Source: an uncultured Alistipes sp. (GTDB taxonomy: Bacteria > Bacteroidota > Bacteroidia > Bacteroidales > Rikenellaceae). Taken from it: a stretch of 64,000 bases of DNA. A program made the translations under genes and the position numbers. The notes below the pieces were generated by a model, which made no database searches, was not told where the DNA came from, and saw nothing but the letters and a program-made list of their open reading frames with translations. Numbering within the stretch: position 1 is the first letter of the stretch; every line of letters starts with the position of its first letter. The stretch lies in assembly GCA_944320985.1 (NCBI GenBank), contig CALUJN010000059.1, positions 544 through 64,543 of the forward strand, given 5' to 3'. This document shows positions 18,500 to 27,809 of this stretch, one piece after another.

Positions 18500-20689
18500 A
18501 TGAGACAACATGGATGGATAGCAACCGTTTTTCTTGCCACGCTGCTGTATGGATGCGCCGAGGATCCGGATGTCGGAACAGGGCTTTCGAACCGTGAGGA
18601 GAGGGATCTGCCGATCGAGTTTGTCATGGAGGTTCCCGGAATGCAGCAAGCCGAGGCAGAACCCGCCTCGCGGGTCCAGAAGGATCAGTTCAAATTCGAG
18701 GAGGGGGATGTGATTCATGTCAATGCAACCTTTACGTTGCTCGATGGCCGCACGACGTCGGATTACGACTGTCTGGAGTTGCGCGACGGCCGGTGGACCT
18801 CGAAGGAGAACGAGGACCCCAATACGGAGGCACAGCCGATGAGCTGGCCCTGGGATACGGACAAGGCCACCTTCCGGGTCTATTACCTGGCGCACTCGTC
18901 GGGCATTCTGGTTGAAAGTACGGAACGCCTGTTGGACAATCTGCGTACGGAGGCCGATCCGGTTTATGCCGAGGCTGTGGATGTCCCGTATGGCGCCGCC
19001 GTGCATCTGGTGTTCAACCACCTCTGCACGAAATTGACGGTCTGCGGTTTGAAAACCGGAGAGGAGGAGTTCTGGCTGCAGAAAACTGGTTTGCAGGACG
19101 CGTATGTGCTGAGCCGTGATGCCGAGAGCGACTTTCTGGATTTTCGCTTTCTGGAGTCCACGGAGTCGCTTCGGCCCGATCTGGACCGACGGGTCATGGG
19201 AACGAGCGACGGGGAGGGAAATGCCGTTTTCTACCTGGCGCCCGGAGATTACAGCAACCTGAAGATCACCTATCCCTATGGCCTGGCCTATCTGACATTG
19301 ACCGACATCGCGGCCTTGGGCGATCTGAAGGCCAATACCGCCTATACGCTTCGGATCAACCCGGGATCGGGCAACGTCGACGAAGCGGATGAGGACGAAT
19401 GGTGGCCCGATCCCGACGACGATCAAAACGACATAAAACTCGATACGGAGGAGATCAACGGGTTGCTCAAGGCGATTCACGATGGGCAGGAGTTTCTCAA
19501 CAAGGAAGGGATTCCCATTCTGAGCGTGGAGGAGAATGGTACGGCTCTGCTGCGGAATGTCGATTTCCAGGACAATCCCTTTACGTGGCAGGTTCTGCCC
19601 AACGGAACGGTCTTTGACGGGAAATACCACTATATCAAACATGTCTCGGGCTCGGCCCTTTTCAGCCAGATCAACGGTCGTGTGAGCAATCTCGGGATCG
19701 CCGGCGGCAAGATCACCCGTGCGGAGGAGGTCTCGGATATCGGAATCCTGGCTCCGGTAAGTTCCGTGTCGGCCGTGATGACCAATCTGCGGCTGAAGAC
19801 GATCTCCATTTCGGTGGATTCGCCGTTGATCGACGATGTCTGCAACATCGGAGTATTGATCGGCAGCAATTCGGGGACGATTTATGAAGTGGCCCTGGGC
19901 GGGGAGATCCGCGTGGAAATCGAATCGGAGAACGCTCCGGGGCGCCTGCATGTCGGAGGCCTTGTGGGACAGTCATCGGGTAGAGTCCGCAATGTTTCGC
20001 TTCTGGACGATGATGATCCGATTCGGGTTCATGTGATCTGCAACTGCCGCTTCCCTCTGGATGCCGATGAAAATTATGCCGAAGGCGACCGTTATGTCGG
20101 GGGATTGATCGGACTGTCTACGGGGCAGACCGACAACTGTCTGATCGAGGCTACGGTCACGGCGGCCGGGTCGCAAGGCGTGCTGATGTATACGGGCGGA
20201 CTGATCGGCATGTTGCGTGGCACGGAAGAGGGTGACACGGAGAATCCCGCAAACGTTGCACTGACCAACTCGATCGCCTCCTGCGAAGTGACGGGCGGTC
20301 TGGCCTATCCGTTGGACAATACGATCAACGGCGAGGGACGCTCCTATACGGGCGGATTGGTCGGATATGCCTATTGCGCAACGACCATTACGGACTGCAA
20401 GTCGCTCGGCAAGGTCCATGGTCACGACTATCAGGCGAATTTCTCACCGCTTGACAATGCCTATTACGGAGTAGGCGGCGCTTTCGGACAACTCTACGGC
20501 ATGAACACCACGGTCTCTACGGTGGATGCCCGCAGCCAGATCGTCACGTCGCTGGCTTTTCCCAAAGAGGAGCCATACTTCATCGGACTCTTTGCCGGAC
20601 GCTCGGACCGGGATCACTCCGCGGAGAATACCACCCACGGCAGTGGTGACTACGAGTTCATCGGTGAAATCGGCAATATCCATTATTGA
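18500..20689 (+). CDS. Large fimbrillin family lipoprotein with GLUG-like repeat domain (tip adhesin candidate)
   Basis: ATG at 18500; lipobox LYGC; FEEGDVIHV, LVFNHLCTKL; FDGKYHYI and repeated VGGLVG/VGGLIG/TGGLIG/TGGLVG/VGGAFG. Confidence 0.78.
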   Translation: MRQHGWIATVFLATLLYGCAEDPDVGTGLSNREERDLPIEFVMEVPGMQQAEAEPASRVQKDQFKFEEGDVIHVNATFTLLDGRTTSDYDCLELRDGRWTSKENEDPNTEAQPMSWPWDTDKATFRVYYLAHSSGILVESTERLLDNLRTEADPVYAEAVDVPYGAAVHLVFNHLCTKLTVCGLKTGEEEFWLQKTGLQDAYVLSRDAESDFLDFRFLESTESLRPDLDRRVMGTSDGEGNAVFYLAPGDYSNLKITYPYGLAYLTLTDIAALGDLKANTAYTLRINPGSGNVDEADEDEWWPDPDDDQNDIKLDTEEINGLLKAIHDGQEFLNKEGIPILSVEENGTALLRNVDFQDNPFTWQVLPNGTVFDGKYHYIKHVSGSALFSQINGRVSNLGIAGGKITRAEEVSDIGILAPVSSVSAVMTNLRLKTISISVDSPLIDDVCNIGVLIGSNSGTIYEVALGGEIRVEIESENAPGRLHVGGLVGQSSGRVRNVSLLDDDDPIRVHVICNCRFPLDADENYAEGDRYVGGLIGLSTGQTDNCLIEATVTAAGSQGVLMYTGGLIGMLRGTEEGDTENPANVALTNSIASCEVTGGLAYPLDNTINGEGRSYTGGLVGYAYCATTITDCKSLGKVHGHDYQANFSPLDNAYYGVGGAFGQLYGMNTTVSTVDARSQIVTSLAFPKEEPYFIGLFAGRSDRDHSAENTTHGSGDYEFIGEIGNIHY

Positions 20690-20704
20690 TAAATACCAGA
20701 AATC

Positions 20705-22060
20705 ATGAAACGGATTACACGATATGGTCTTTCAGCGCTCCTGCTTGCCGGAGTCGTCTGCTCCTGCGATCGTCCGGAAACATTGCCGCGACAGTCGGAG
20801 GGATATGACATCGGATTTCAGGGTCTGGTGAAGAATACGTCGGAGGTCCGGTCGCGCAGCGAGGCGTTCGACAAGGAGGATTTCGTGCTGATCAACAGTT
20901 CGAGCGATGCCATGTTCGGACAGATCAGCATCTGCCGCGTTGTCGGCACGATGACGGACCTTCAGTCCGAATACGTCTCGTCGGACGGCATGGAGGGGCG
21001 CCTTCAGGCTCTCTCGACTCCTTTGGTGTGGGCGAGCCGCGATGCGGAGCATAACTTTTATGCCTGGACGCATCCGAATGTTGCGGGAGGAGGTGGTGTG
21101 GAGATGGACGGTCCGGCCTCGACCCAGGGAAAAGTGACCTTCGGCATGCAGAAAGAGACCCATCTGGAGCAGTTCATCGCAGCCGAGGAGGGCCCGTTGA
21201 CCTACGAGGCGAACGGGCTGTATGTCAAACTGCTGTTTTATCGTCCCGTGGCCAAGATCCAGATCGAAAGTTTGACCCACATTTCAGCGACAGGAAGTTT
21301 GACTCCCGTGGAGAAGTGTCGGCTTTACTTCCCGAATCTGTACCGCTCGGCGCGGTTCGACGCCAAGAAAACACGCCCGGAGGATGGCAATCCGGGCGAT
21401 ATCTGGCTGGAGCCCGGAGATCCGGGGTATGAAGAACCCGCAACCGGTCTGACCTGGGAATGGGATATCAGCGATCCGGCGGCCTCGCCGGGAGATGAAC
21501 TGCTCTATGTGCATCCGTTCCAGTTCGGTACGGACGATGCGGATGGAGGTCAGCCGGATGAGACCCAACCGGGCTATTTCATCATTACGGCGGAGATCGA
21601 CGGTGTGGAGAAGACCTATTTCGCCTCGTTGGCCGGCCTGGTCGATACCCGGGAGTTGCAGGCCGGGCAGTTCATGAAGATGCAGATTGCAATTCAGGAT
21701 GGAAGTTTCGGCGGTGTGGGGTGCCAGATCGTCGACTGGAACACAAGTCCCGAGCAGACGACGATTCACCGTCGGGCGGGGATCTATTCGCAGGCCGATG
21801 CCGACGCGCTGTTGCAAATCCTGCAGAGCGAGCCGCTGGATGAGGCGGCCCTGGCGCACTATTGCCGCGACGGCAACACGATCGTGTTCTATACGCCGAT
21901 CGACTGGAGTTCTTTGACCGGGCCGTTGACGCTTCCCGACGGATACCGGCTTGACGGTCAAGATTATTACGTCATTTTGGGAGAGGGTGGTTCGCTCGAG
22001 GGGCAGATCACGAATCTGCTAACTCCCGACGGCGAGAGCTATCCTCCGGCAGAGCCCTAA
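20705..22060 (+). CDS. Fimbrillin family lipoprotein with short C-terminal extension
   Basis: Lipobox VCSC; RSRS site; HNFYAWT, LLFYRPVAKIQI, LQAGQ, IVDW, then GIYSQAD extension. Confidence 0.75.
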   Translation: MKRITRYGLSALLLAGVVCSCDRPETLPRQSEGYDIGFQGLVKNTSEVRSRSEAFDKEDFVLINSSSDAMFGQISICRVVGTMTDLQSEYVSSDGMEGRLQALSTPLVWASRDAEHNFYAWTHPNVAGGGGVEMDGPASTQGKVTFGMQKETHLEQFIAAEEGPLTYEANGLYVKLLFYRPVAKIQIESLTHISATGSLTPVEKCRLYFPNLYRSARFDAKKTRPEDGNPGDIWLEPGDPGYEEPATGLTWEWDISDPAASPGDELLYVHPFQFGTDDADGGQPDETQPGYFIITAEIDGVEKTYFASLAGLVDTRELQAGQFMKMQIAIQDGSFGGVGCQIVDWNTSPEQTTIHRRAGIYSQADADALLQILQSEPLDEAALAHYCRDGNTIVFYTPIDWSSLTGPLTLPDGYRLDGQDYYVILGEGGSLEGQITNLLTPDGESYPPAEP

Positions 22061-22109
22061 GATGCGAGAGCGATGGAGAGCGGCGGACATTCCGCCGTCG
22101 GACAAAAGC

Positions 22110-22142
22110 AAGCCCTTGTACCCAACGGTACAAGGGCTTTTC
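22110..22142. terminator. Probable bidirectional intrinsic terminator between convergent operons
   Basis: Perfect 13 bp stem AAGCCCTTGTACC-CAAC-GGTACAAGGGCTT with short T and A runs nearby. Confidence 0.75.
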
Positions 22143-22162
22143 AACATGACGTATGAAACGGA

Positions 22163-22470
22163 TCAGGCCTGCTTGTCGGCCAGGATCTTCCAGACCCCGG
22201 CACTCAACGCTGCGCCGACAAACGGTGCAAGAATGAAAAGCCACAGTTGCGAGAGCGCAACGCTGCCTTCGAAGAGGGCCGGGCCGATCGAACGGGCCGG
22301 ATTGACCGACGTGCCGGTGATGGGTATGCAGACGATGTGCACCAGTACCAGCGTCAGTCCGATGGCCAAACCGGCGATTCCCGGCTCCGTGTTTTGCATC
22401 CGTTGCACCCGGCACCTCCAGTACAAAGATGAAGGTGAAGATTGCTTCGGCCAGGAATGCCTGGAGCTTG
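22163..22470 (-). pseudogene. aqpZ: Aquaporin Z remnant (C-terminal half, frameshifted)
   Basis: [27 protein letters not shown] in one frame continues as [34 protein letters not shown] in another; no N-terminal half or first NPA. Confidence 0.85.
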
Positions 22471-22637
22471 CGCTGGAATCGAATGCCGCATGCCGACTTC
22501 GGACGAAGCCAACGCTCTCTTCCGTTTCGCTCCCGATACCGTCGGAAGAGTCGCTCCGATCGCTCCATGATACGACAAGACCCGGCCAATGACCGGGTCT
22601 TGTCTCGAAGGTTTCTGATCGGCCGGGCCGATCGCAC

Positions 22638-23417
22638 TCATTTGTCAGGGCAGGGGACCACCGTTACCTTGACCCCTTGTTCAGCCATTGCTTCCAGCAT
22701 TTTCGGCGAAATGCCCGAATCGGTAATCACGATATCGATGTCGCTCAGATCACAGATCTTGCTGAAGCCCCGGCGTCCGAATTTCGAGGAGTCGGCCAGG
22801 ACGATCGTCTTCGTCGCGGCGCGGATCATCGCCCGGTTCAGACAGGCCTCCTGGAGGTGGGTCGTACTCAGACCATAAACCGGATCGATTCCGTCGACTC
22901 CCAGAAAGAGCTTGTTGCAGGCAAAGTTGTCCAGCATGCGAACCGCATACTCGCTCACGGCCGAAGCCGACGAATGACGGATGATCCCTCCCAGTTGAAT
23001 GATCTCGATGTCGGGTTTGTCGAGCAGCTCCATGGCCACGTTCATCGCCGAGGTGATCACCGTCATCTTCATGTTCGCGATGCAGCGGGCGAAAGCCTGC
23101 ACGGTGGTTCCCGAAGCGATAATCAGGGCATCCTGCGGTGAAAGCAGTTCGGCAGCCTTCTGCCCGATGCGGCGTTTGACCTCGGGGTGTAGTTTCTCCT
23201 TTTCCGAGACCTTGCGCGTGGCGATATAGGGATCGGCGAGGATGGCGCCTCCGTGTGTACGGTAGAGGAGCCGCTTCTCCTCGAGCAGATCCAGGTCCTT
23301 GCGGATGGTCACCGCCGAAACTTCCAGCTGCCGGCTCAGAGTTCCGACATCCACGCTGCCGGCCTCGCGGAGCAGCTCCAGAATGGCCTTATGTCTCTCC
23401 CGAAGTGTCATTGCCAT
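22638..23417 (-). CDS. DeoR/GlpR/AgaR family transcriptional regulator
   Basis: [23 protein letters not shown]; [20 protein letters not shown]; last gene of the glycerol operon. Confidence 0.93.
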   Translation of the reverse strand: MAMTLRERHKAILELLREAGSVDVGTLSRQLEVSAVTIRKDLDLLEEKRLLYRTHGGAILADPYIATRKVSEKEKLHPEVKRRIGQKAAELLSPQDALIIASGTTVQAFARCIANMKMTVITSAMNVAMELLDKPDIEIIQLGGIIRHSSASAVSEYAVRMLDNFACNKLFLGVDGIDPVYGLSTTHLQEACLNRAMIRAATKTIVLADSSKFGRRGFSKICDLSDIDIVITDSGISPKMLEAMAEQGVKVTVVPCPDK

Positions 23418-23430
23418 ATCCGTTCGGGGG

Positions 23431-24180
23431 TCAGAAGGCGAAGAGGTTGATTCCCACCTGTAGGAATCCATCCTTCAGATCGGGATTCCACATCGCATGG
23501 GCGAAGACCGGCATGTCGAAACGTCCCAGTTTCAACTTGTAGGTCGTGCGGAGCGAAATCTGGTTCACGCCGTCGTAGCCGTAGAAATTCGCACCGCCGT
23601 CGGCATCGTCGCGGTTGAATGCAAAGGTGCCGCCCAGCCCCACGTCCACGATCCAGTTTTCATTGCGGAAGACGCTGTATTCGGCACTTACGAAGGTCGA
23701 ATAGCGGTTCTTTCCCGCAAGATTCAGGTCGCGACCCGCAAAGATCGTCGCCCAGTACAACCGCAGCGGTACGTTGAGCTTTGTTTCGAAGTTGTAGGCC
23801 ACGCTCAGATCGAGGAAGTGCGTTGTCGAGAATTTGTTGTAGTTGAAGATGTCCTTGCTGAAGGGGAGCTCGGGCGAGAAGTTGAAGATGTCCCACACGG
23901 CCACCGTGAAGCCCGCAACGGAATACGATACGTAGTAGTCGAACTCCTTGTAGTCTCCCGTGAAGTCGCTGCCGCCCCAAAGTCCGACTTTCAGACCGTC
24001 GTTCAGGAATCCGACGTTCATATCCGCGGCCAGGATGCCGCCGTCGGCGACCTGCAGACCGCGCCACAGGTGCATGTTCTGGAGCGTTCCGCTCAGGTGC
24101 ATGCGTGCGGTTTGTCCGAAGGCTGCGGCCGACAACGACAGGGCTGCAACCAGCACTGCGAGATGTTTCATGCTCTTCAT
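23431..24180 (-). CDS. Uncharacterised predicted outer-membrane beta-barrel (TorF/Gcw-like porin candidate)
   Basis: Sec signal ending AAFG; alternating amphipathic strands; HLWRG, GLWGG, YKEFDYYVSY; C-terminus VGINLFAF. Confidence 0.7.
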   Translation of the reverse strand: MKSMKHLAVLVAALSLSAAAFGQTARMHLSGTLQNMHLWRGLQVADGGILAADMNVGFLNDGLKVGLWGGSDFTGDYKEFDYYVSYSVAGFTVAVWDIFNFSPELPFSKDIFNYNKFSTTHFLDLSVAYNFETKLNVPLRLYWATIFAGRDLNLAGKNRYSTFVSAEYSVFRNENWIVDVGLGGTFAFNRDDADGGANFYGYDGVNQISLRTTYKLKLGRFDMPVFAHAMWNPDLKDGFLQVGINLFAF

Positions 24181-24193
24181 GGCAGTATCCGTT

Positions 24194-24931
24194 TTAGTAG
24201 CAATAAATTACGCAATAGAGGGCTGCGGCGATGAATCCGCCGATGATCGGGCCGACGACCGGTATCCACGAGTATCCCCAGTCGTTCGAGCCCTTGCCCT
24301 TGATCGGGAGGATGGCGTGAGCCAGGCGCGGAGCGAGGTCACGGGCCGGATTGATGGCATATCCCGTCGTACCGCCAAGCGACATACCCAGAGCGACGAT
24401 CAGCATCGCCACGGGGAATGCCCCCAGCGCGCCCATGCCGACTTCGGAGGTGTTGCCGTCGATCGAGAGGGCCAGAATCACGAAGACCAGGACGAACGTG
24501 CCGATGATCTCACTGAGAAGGTTGCGGCCGTAATTGCGGATGGCCGGAGCCGTACAGAAGGTCCCGAGTTTGGTTGCGGGATCGTCCGTTGCGTCGTAAT
24601 GATCCTTGTAGAAGACGTATACGAGCACGGCACCGACGAAGCCGCCGAGCATCTGAGCGATGATGTAGGGTACGACCATGGCCCAGCTGAAGGTTCCAGC
24701 CGCGGCCAGCCCCAGCGTTACGGCCGGATTGAGATGCGCTCCGGAATAAGGTCCGGAGATGAAGACTCCGAGCATGACGGCCAGACCCCAGGCCAGGGTG
24801 ATGACTACCCATCCGGCGTTTTCGCCTTTGGATTTCTTCAGGGTCGTGCAGGCAACCACTCCGTCGCCGAACAGTACCAGTATTGCCGTGCCGATAAACT
24901 CGAACAGGCATTTTACCATTACGTCGTTCAT
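24194..24931 (-). CDS. glpF: Glycerol uptake facilitator (aquaglyceroporin)
   Basis: SGAHLNPAVT and GYAINPARDLAPRL (NPARD glyceroporin signature); follows glpK. Confidence 0.95.
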   Translation of the reverse strand: MNDVMVKCLFEFIGTAILVLFGDGVVACTTLKKSKGENAGWVVITLAWGLAVMLGVFISGPYSGAHLNPAVTLGLAAAGTFSWAMVVPYIIAQMLGGFVGAVLVYVFYKDHYDATDDPATKLGTFCTAPAIRNYGRNLLSEIIGTFVLVFVILALSIDGNTSEVGMGALGAFPVAMLIVALGMSLGGTTGYAINPARDLAPRLAHAILPIKGKGSNDWGYSWIPVVGPIIGGFIAAALYCVIYCY

Positions 24932-24992
24932 AAGCTATAAGGTTTTAAGGTTCAGGTTTTACAGATTTTCCGGTTTGAGTCCGGGGCGATCG

Positions 24993-26489
24993 TTAATGCT
25001 TGGTATAGTCGCTCAGCGTGCGTTTGACGGCATCGGCCCAGCCTTCCTTGGCTTCGGCGACTTGTGCCTCCTCCATGGAGGGTTCGAAGACGCGGTCGAT
25101 CTGCCACTGTTTGCGGATCTCGGCGATGCTCGACCAGTAGCCGACGGCCAGACCGGCCAGATAGGCGGCACCCATTGCCGTGGTTTCGACCACTTGCGGA
25201 CGGATGACTTTCGTGCCGAGAATGTCGGCCTGGAACTGCATCAGGAGGTTGTTGCGCGACGCTCCGCCGTCGACCTTGAGCTCCTTGAGCGGGATGCCGG
25301 CATCCCGCGACATGGCCGCCGTGATGTCCATGGTCTGGAAGGCGATTCCTTCGAGTGCGGCCCGGGCGATGTGTGCGGTGTTCGTGCCGCGGCTGATGCC
25401 GATGATCGTACCGCGCGCATACTGATCCCACCACGGAGCCCCGAGACCCGTAAGTGCCGGGACGAAATAGACGCCGTTCGTGTCGGGAACGCGCGAGGCG
25501 AGCTCTTCGACCTCGGACGAGGACTTGATTACGCCCAGTCCGTCACGCAGCCACTGCACGACCGATCCGCCGACGAAGATACTTCCTTCGAGCGCGTAAT
25601 TGACCTTGTCGCCGATCTTCCATGCCACGGTCGTCAGGAGGTTGTTTTTCGAGAGGATGGGCTTTTCGCCGCTGTTCATCAGCAGGAAGCAGCCCGTACC
25701 GTAGGTGTTCTTCACCATGCCGGGTTCGGTACACATCTGCCCGAAGAGGGCGGCCTGCTGGTCGCCGGCAATACCGGCGATGGGCACCTTGTGGGCGAAG
25801 ATCGTCGTCTTGGTGTGTCCGTATACCTCGCTCGAGGACTTCACCTCGGGCATCATCGAACGCGGGATGCCGAACAGATCGAGCAGTTCCTGGTCCCAGT
25901 CCAGCGTATTGATGTTGAAGAGCATCGTACGCGAGGCGTTGCTGACGTCCGTCACGTGCACCTCGCCGCGCGTCAGACGCCAGATAAGCCACGTATCCAC
26001 CGTACCGAACATCAGTTTGCCCTTTTCGGCGCGTTTGCGGGCTCCGGGCACGTTGTCCAGAATCCACTTGATCTTCGTGGCGCTGAAGTAGGCATCGATG
26101 ATCAGACCCGTTTTCTGGCGGATTGTCTCCGTCAGCCCCTGGTTTTTGAGCTCGTCGCAGTAGTCCGACGTGCGGCGGTCCTGCCATACAATGGCGTTGT
26201 AGACAGGCTCTTCGGTCTCCGAATCCCAGACGATGGTCGTTTCGCGCTGGTTCGTGATACCGATTCCGGCGATGTTCAGTCCGTTGATATCCATCATCGA
26301 GATCGCTTCGGCGATCACCGAAGCCTGTGAGGCCCAGATTTCGTGCGGATCATGCTCGACCCATCCCGATTTGGGAAAGATCTGTCGGAATTCGCGCTGT
26401 GCCACGGCGCATGTCGTGCCTCGCTCGTCGAAGACGATCGCACGGGAGCTGCTTGTCCCTTGATCAAGTGCAAGAATGTACTGTTTCAT
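24993..26489 (-). CDS. glpK: Glycerol kinase
   Basis: [47 protein letters not shown]. Confidence 0.98.
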   Translation of the reverse strand: MKQYILALDQGTSSSRAIVFDERGTTCAVAQREFRQIFPKSGWVEHDPHEIWASQASVIAEAISMMDINGLNIAGIGITNQRETTIVWDSETEEPVYNAIVWQDRRTSDYCDELKNQGLTETIRQKTGLIIDAYFSATKIKWILDNVPGARKRAEKGKLMFGTVDTWLIWRLTRGEVHVTDVSNASRTMLFNINTLDWDQELLDLFGIPRSMMPEVKSSSEVYGHTKTTIFAHKVPIAGIAGDQQAALFGQMCTEPGMVKNTYGTGCFLLMNSGEKPILSKNNLLTTVAWKIGDKVNYALEGSIFVGGSVVQWLRDGLGVIKSSSEVEELASRVPDTNGVYFVPALTGLGAPWWDQYARGTIIGISRGTNTAHIARAALEGIAFQTMDITAAMSRDAGIPLKELKVDGGASRNNLLMQFQADILGTKVIRPQVVETTAMGAAYLAGLAVGYWSSIAEIRKQWQIDRVFEPSMEEAQVAEAKEGWADAVKRTLSDYTKH

Positions 26490-26557
26490 AGTAGTTTAAG
26501 GTTGGTTTTATAAAAAGGTTATTGTTGTCGTTTCGTTGGGCGCGGCCCGTCGGGAGC

Positions 26558-27781
26558 CTACGCCAACCTCGAGGCGAGGATGTGCAGCGGATGTTCGCAG
26601 GGCTTCGAGGTCGACATTTCGATCTGCCATTTGCAGGTTTCGCAATCCGTCGCCACGATGTCGGCCCCCGACGCCTCGATCTGACGGAACAGCGGGGCCC
26701 CGATGGCCTGCGAGACTTCGTAATTCTCCTTCTTGAATCCGTAGGTGCCGCCGATTCCGCAGCACTGCGAATCCAAGACCGTTACCTCGACCCCCGGGAT
26801 CATCCGCAGCAGCTCGATCGAATAGTAGCCCCAACCCATCTTCTCCATGTGGCATGGCGTGTGGTAGGCGACCCGCAGCGGGGTGGTATCCTTGAATTTC
26901 AACTGCGCCTTGCCCTCCTGGATCAGCCGGTAAAGATAGCGTGTGGCCAGTTCGATGCGGTCGCGCACGTCGGCATTGTCGAGTTCGAGCAGGTGAGGAT
27001 ATTCGTCCCGCAGGGTGAAGGTGCAGGTCGACGAGGTGGTGATGACGTCCAGATCGCGTCCCTTGACCGACGTGCGGATCGATCGGAGATTGGTCTGGGC
27101 CTGACGCCGCGCCTGCTTGTAGAGGCCGTTTGAGATGAGCGCCACACCGCAGCACTTCTCCTTGTCGAGCAGCTGCACGCCGTAGCCCAGGGCATTCATG
27201 ATCTTCAGCAGGTCCTTGCCCAGCTGCGGGTTGTTGTAGTTCACGTAGCAGCCGTGGAAATAGGCCACCTGTTTCGGGTAGGCCTCCTGAGCCGCCGCGG
27301 CATGCTTGCGGTACCACGAGGTGAAGGTTCCGTGCGCGTATTTCGGGAAGACGCGGCGGTGGTCGATGGCCATCACCTTGTCCATCATGAAGCGTACGGG
27401 CTTCAGCGCGACGGCCGTATTGACCACTGGCGCAAAGGGTGTGGCCAGCGATCCCACCAGATCCGTGTTCGCCAGCACGAAGTTCCGCAGCGAGGTGTTG
27501 TGCTGAGGCCCGTACTTGATGCGTGCGGACTGGATGATGTCGCCGATGCGCACGTTCGAGGGGCAGGCCACCTCGCAGCGCTTGCAATTCATGCAATATT
27601 TCAGTGCGTTGTCGAAGAAGTCGGGGCGTTTGAGCCGCAGCCGCTCGCCGTCGGGTCCGGCCTGCTTCGGCCCCGGGTAGTCGGGGTTCACCGCCGCCAC
27701 CGGGCAGTACACCGTGCAGATCGTACACTTGATGCACTGTTCGAAATTGTTCTCACTGACGCTGTTCTGCTGTATGTTCAT
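26558..27781 (-). CDS. glpC: Anaerobic glycerol-3-phosphate dehydrogenase subunit C
   Basis: CIKCTICTVYCP and CMNCKRCEVACP; YPGPKQAGPDGERLR; two CCG domains. Confidence 0.97.
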   Translation of the reverse strand: MNIQQNSVSENNFEQCIKCTICTVYCPVAAVNPDYPGPKQAGPDGERLRLKRPDFFDNALKYCMNCKRCEVACPSNVRIGDIIQSARIKYGPQHNTSLRNFVLANTDLVGSLATPFAPVVNTAVALKPVRFMMDKVMAIDHRRVFPKYAHGTFTSWYRKHAAAAQEAYPKQVAYFHGCYVNYNNPQLGKDLLKIMNALGYGVQLLDKEKCCGVALISNGLYKQARRQAQTNLRSIRTSVKGRDLDVITTSSTCTFTLRDEYPHLLELDNADVRDRIELATRYLYRLIQEGKAQLKFKDTTPLRVAYHTPCHMEKMGWGYYSIELLRMIPGVEVTVLDSQCCGIGGTYGFKKENYEVSQAIGAPLFRQIEASGADIVATDCETCKWQIEMSTSKPCEHPLHILASRLA

Positions 27782-27809
27782 GGTTGTAGGCTTTTAAGGT
27801 AAGGTTTGA

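Noticed and set aside
10751-22060. Diversity-generating retroelement acting on the pilins
   Set aside because: No reverse transcriptase and no template/variable repeat pair seen in the window
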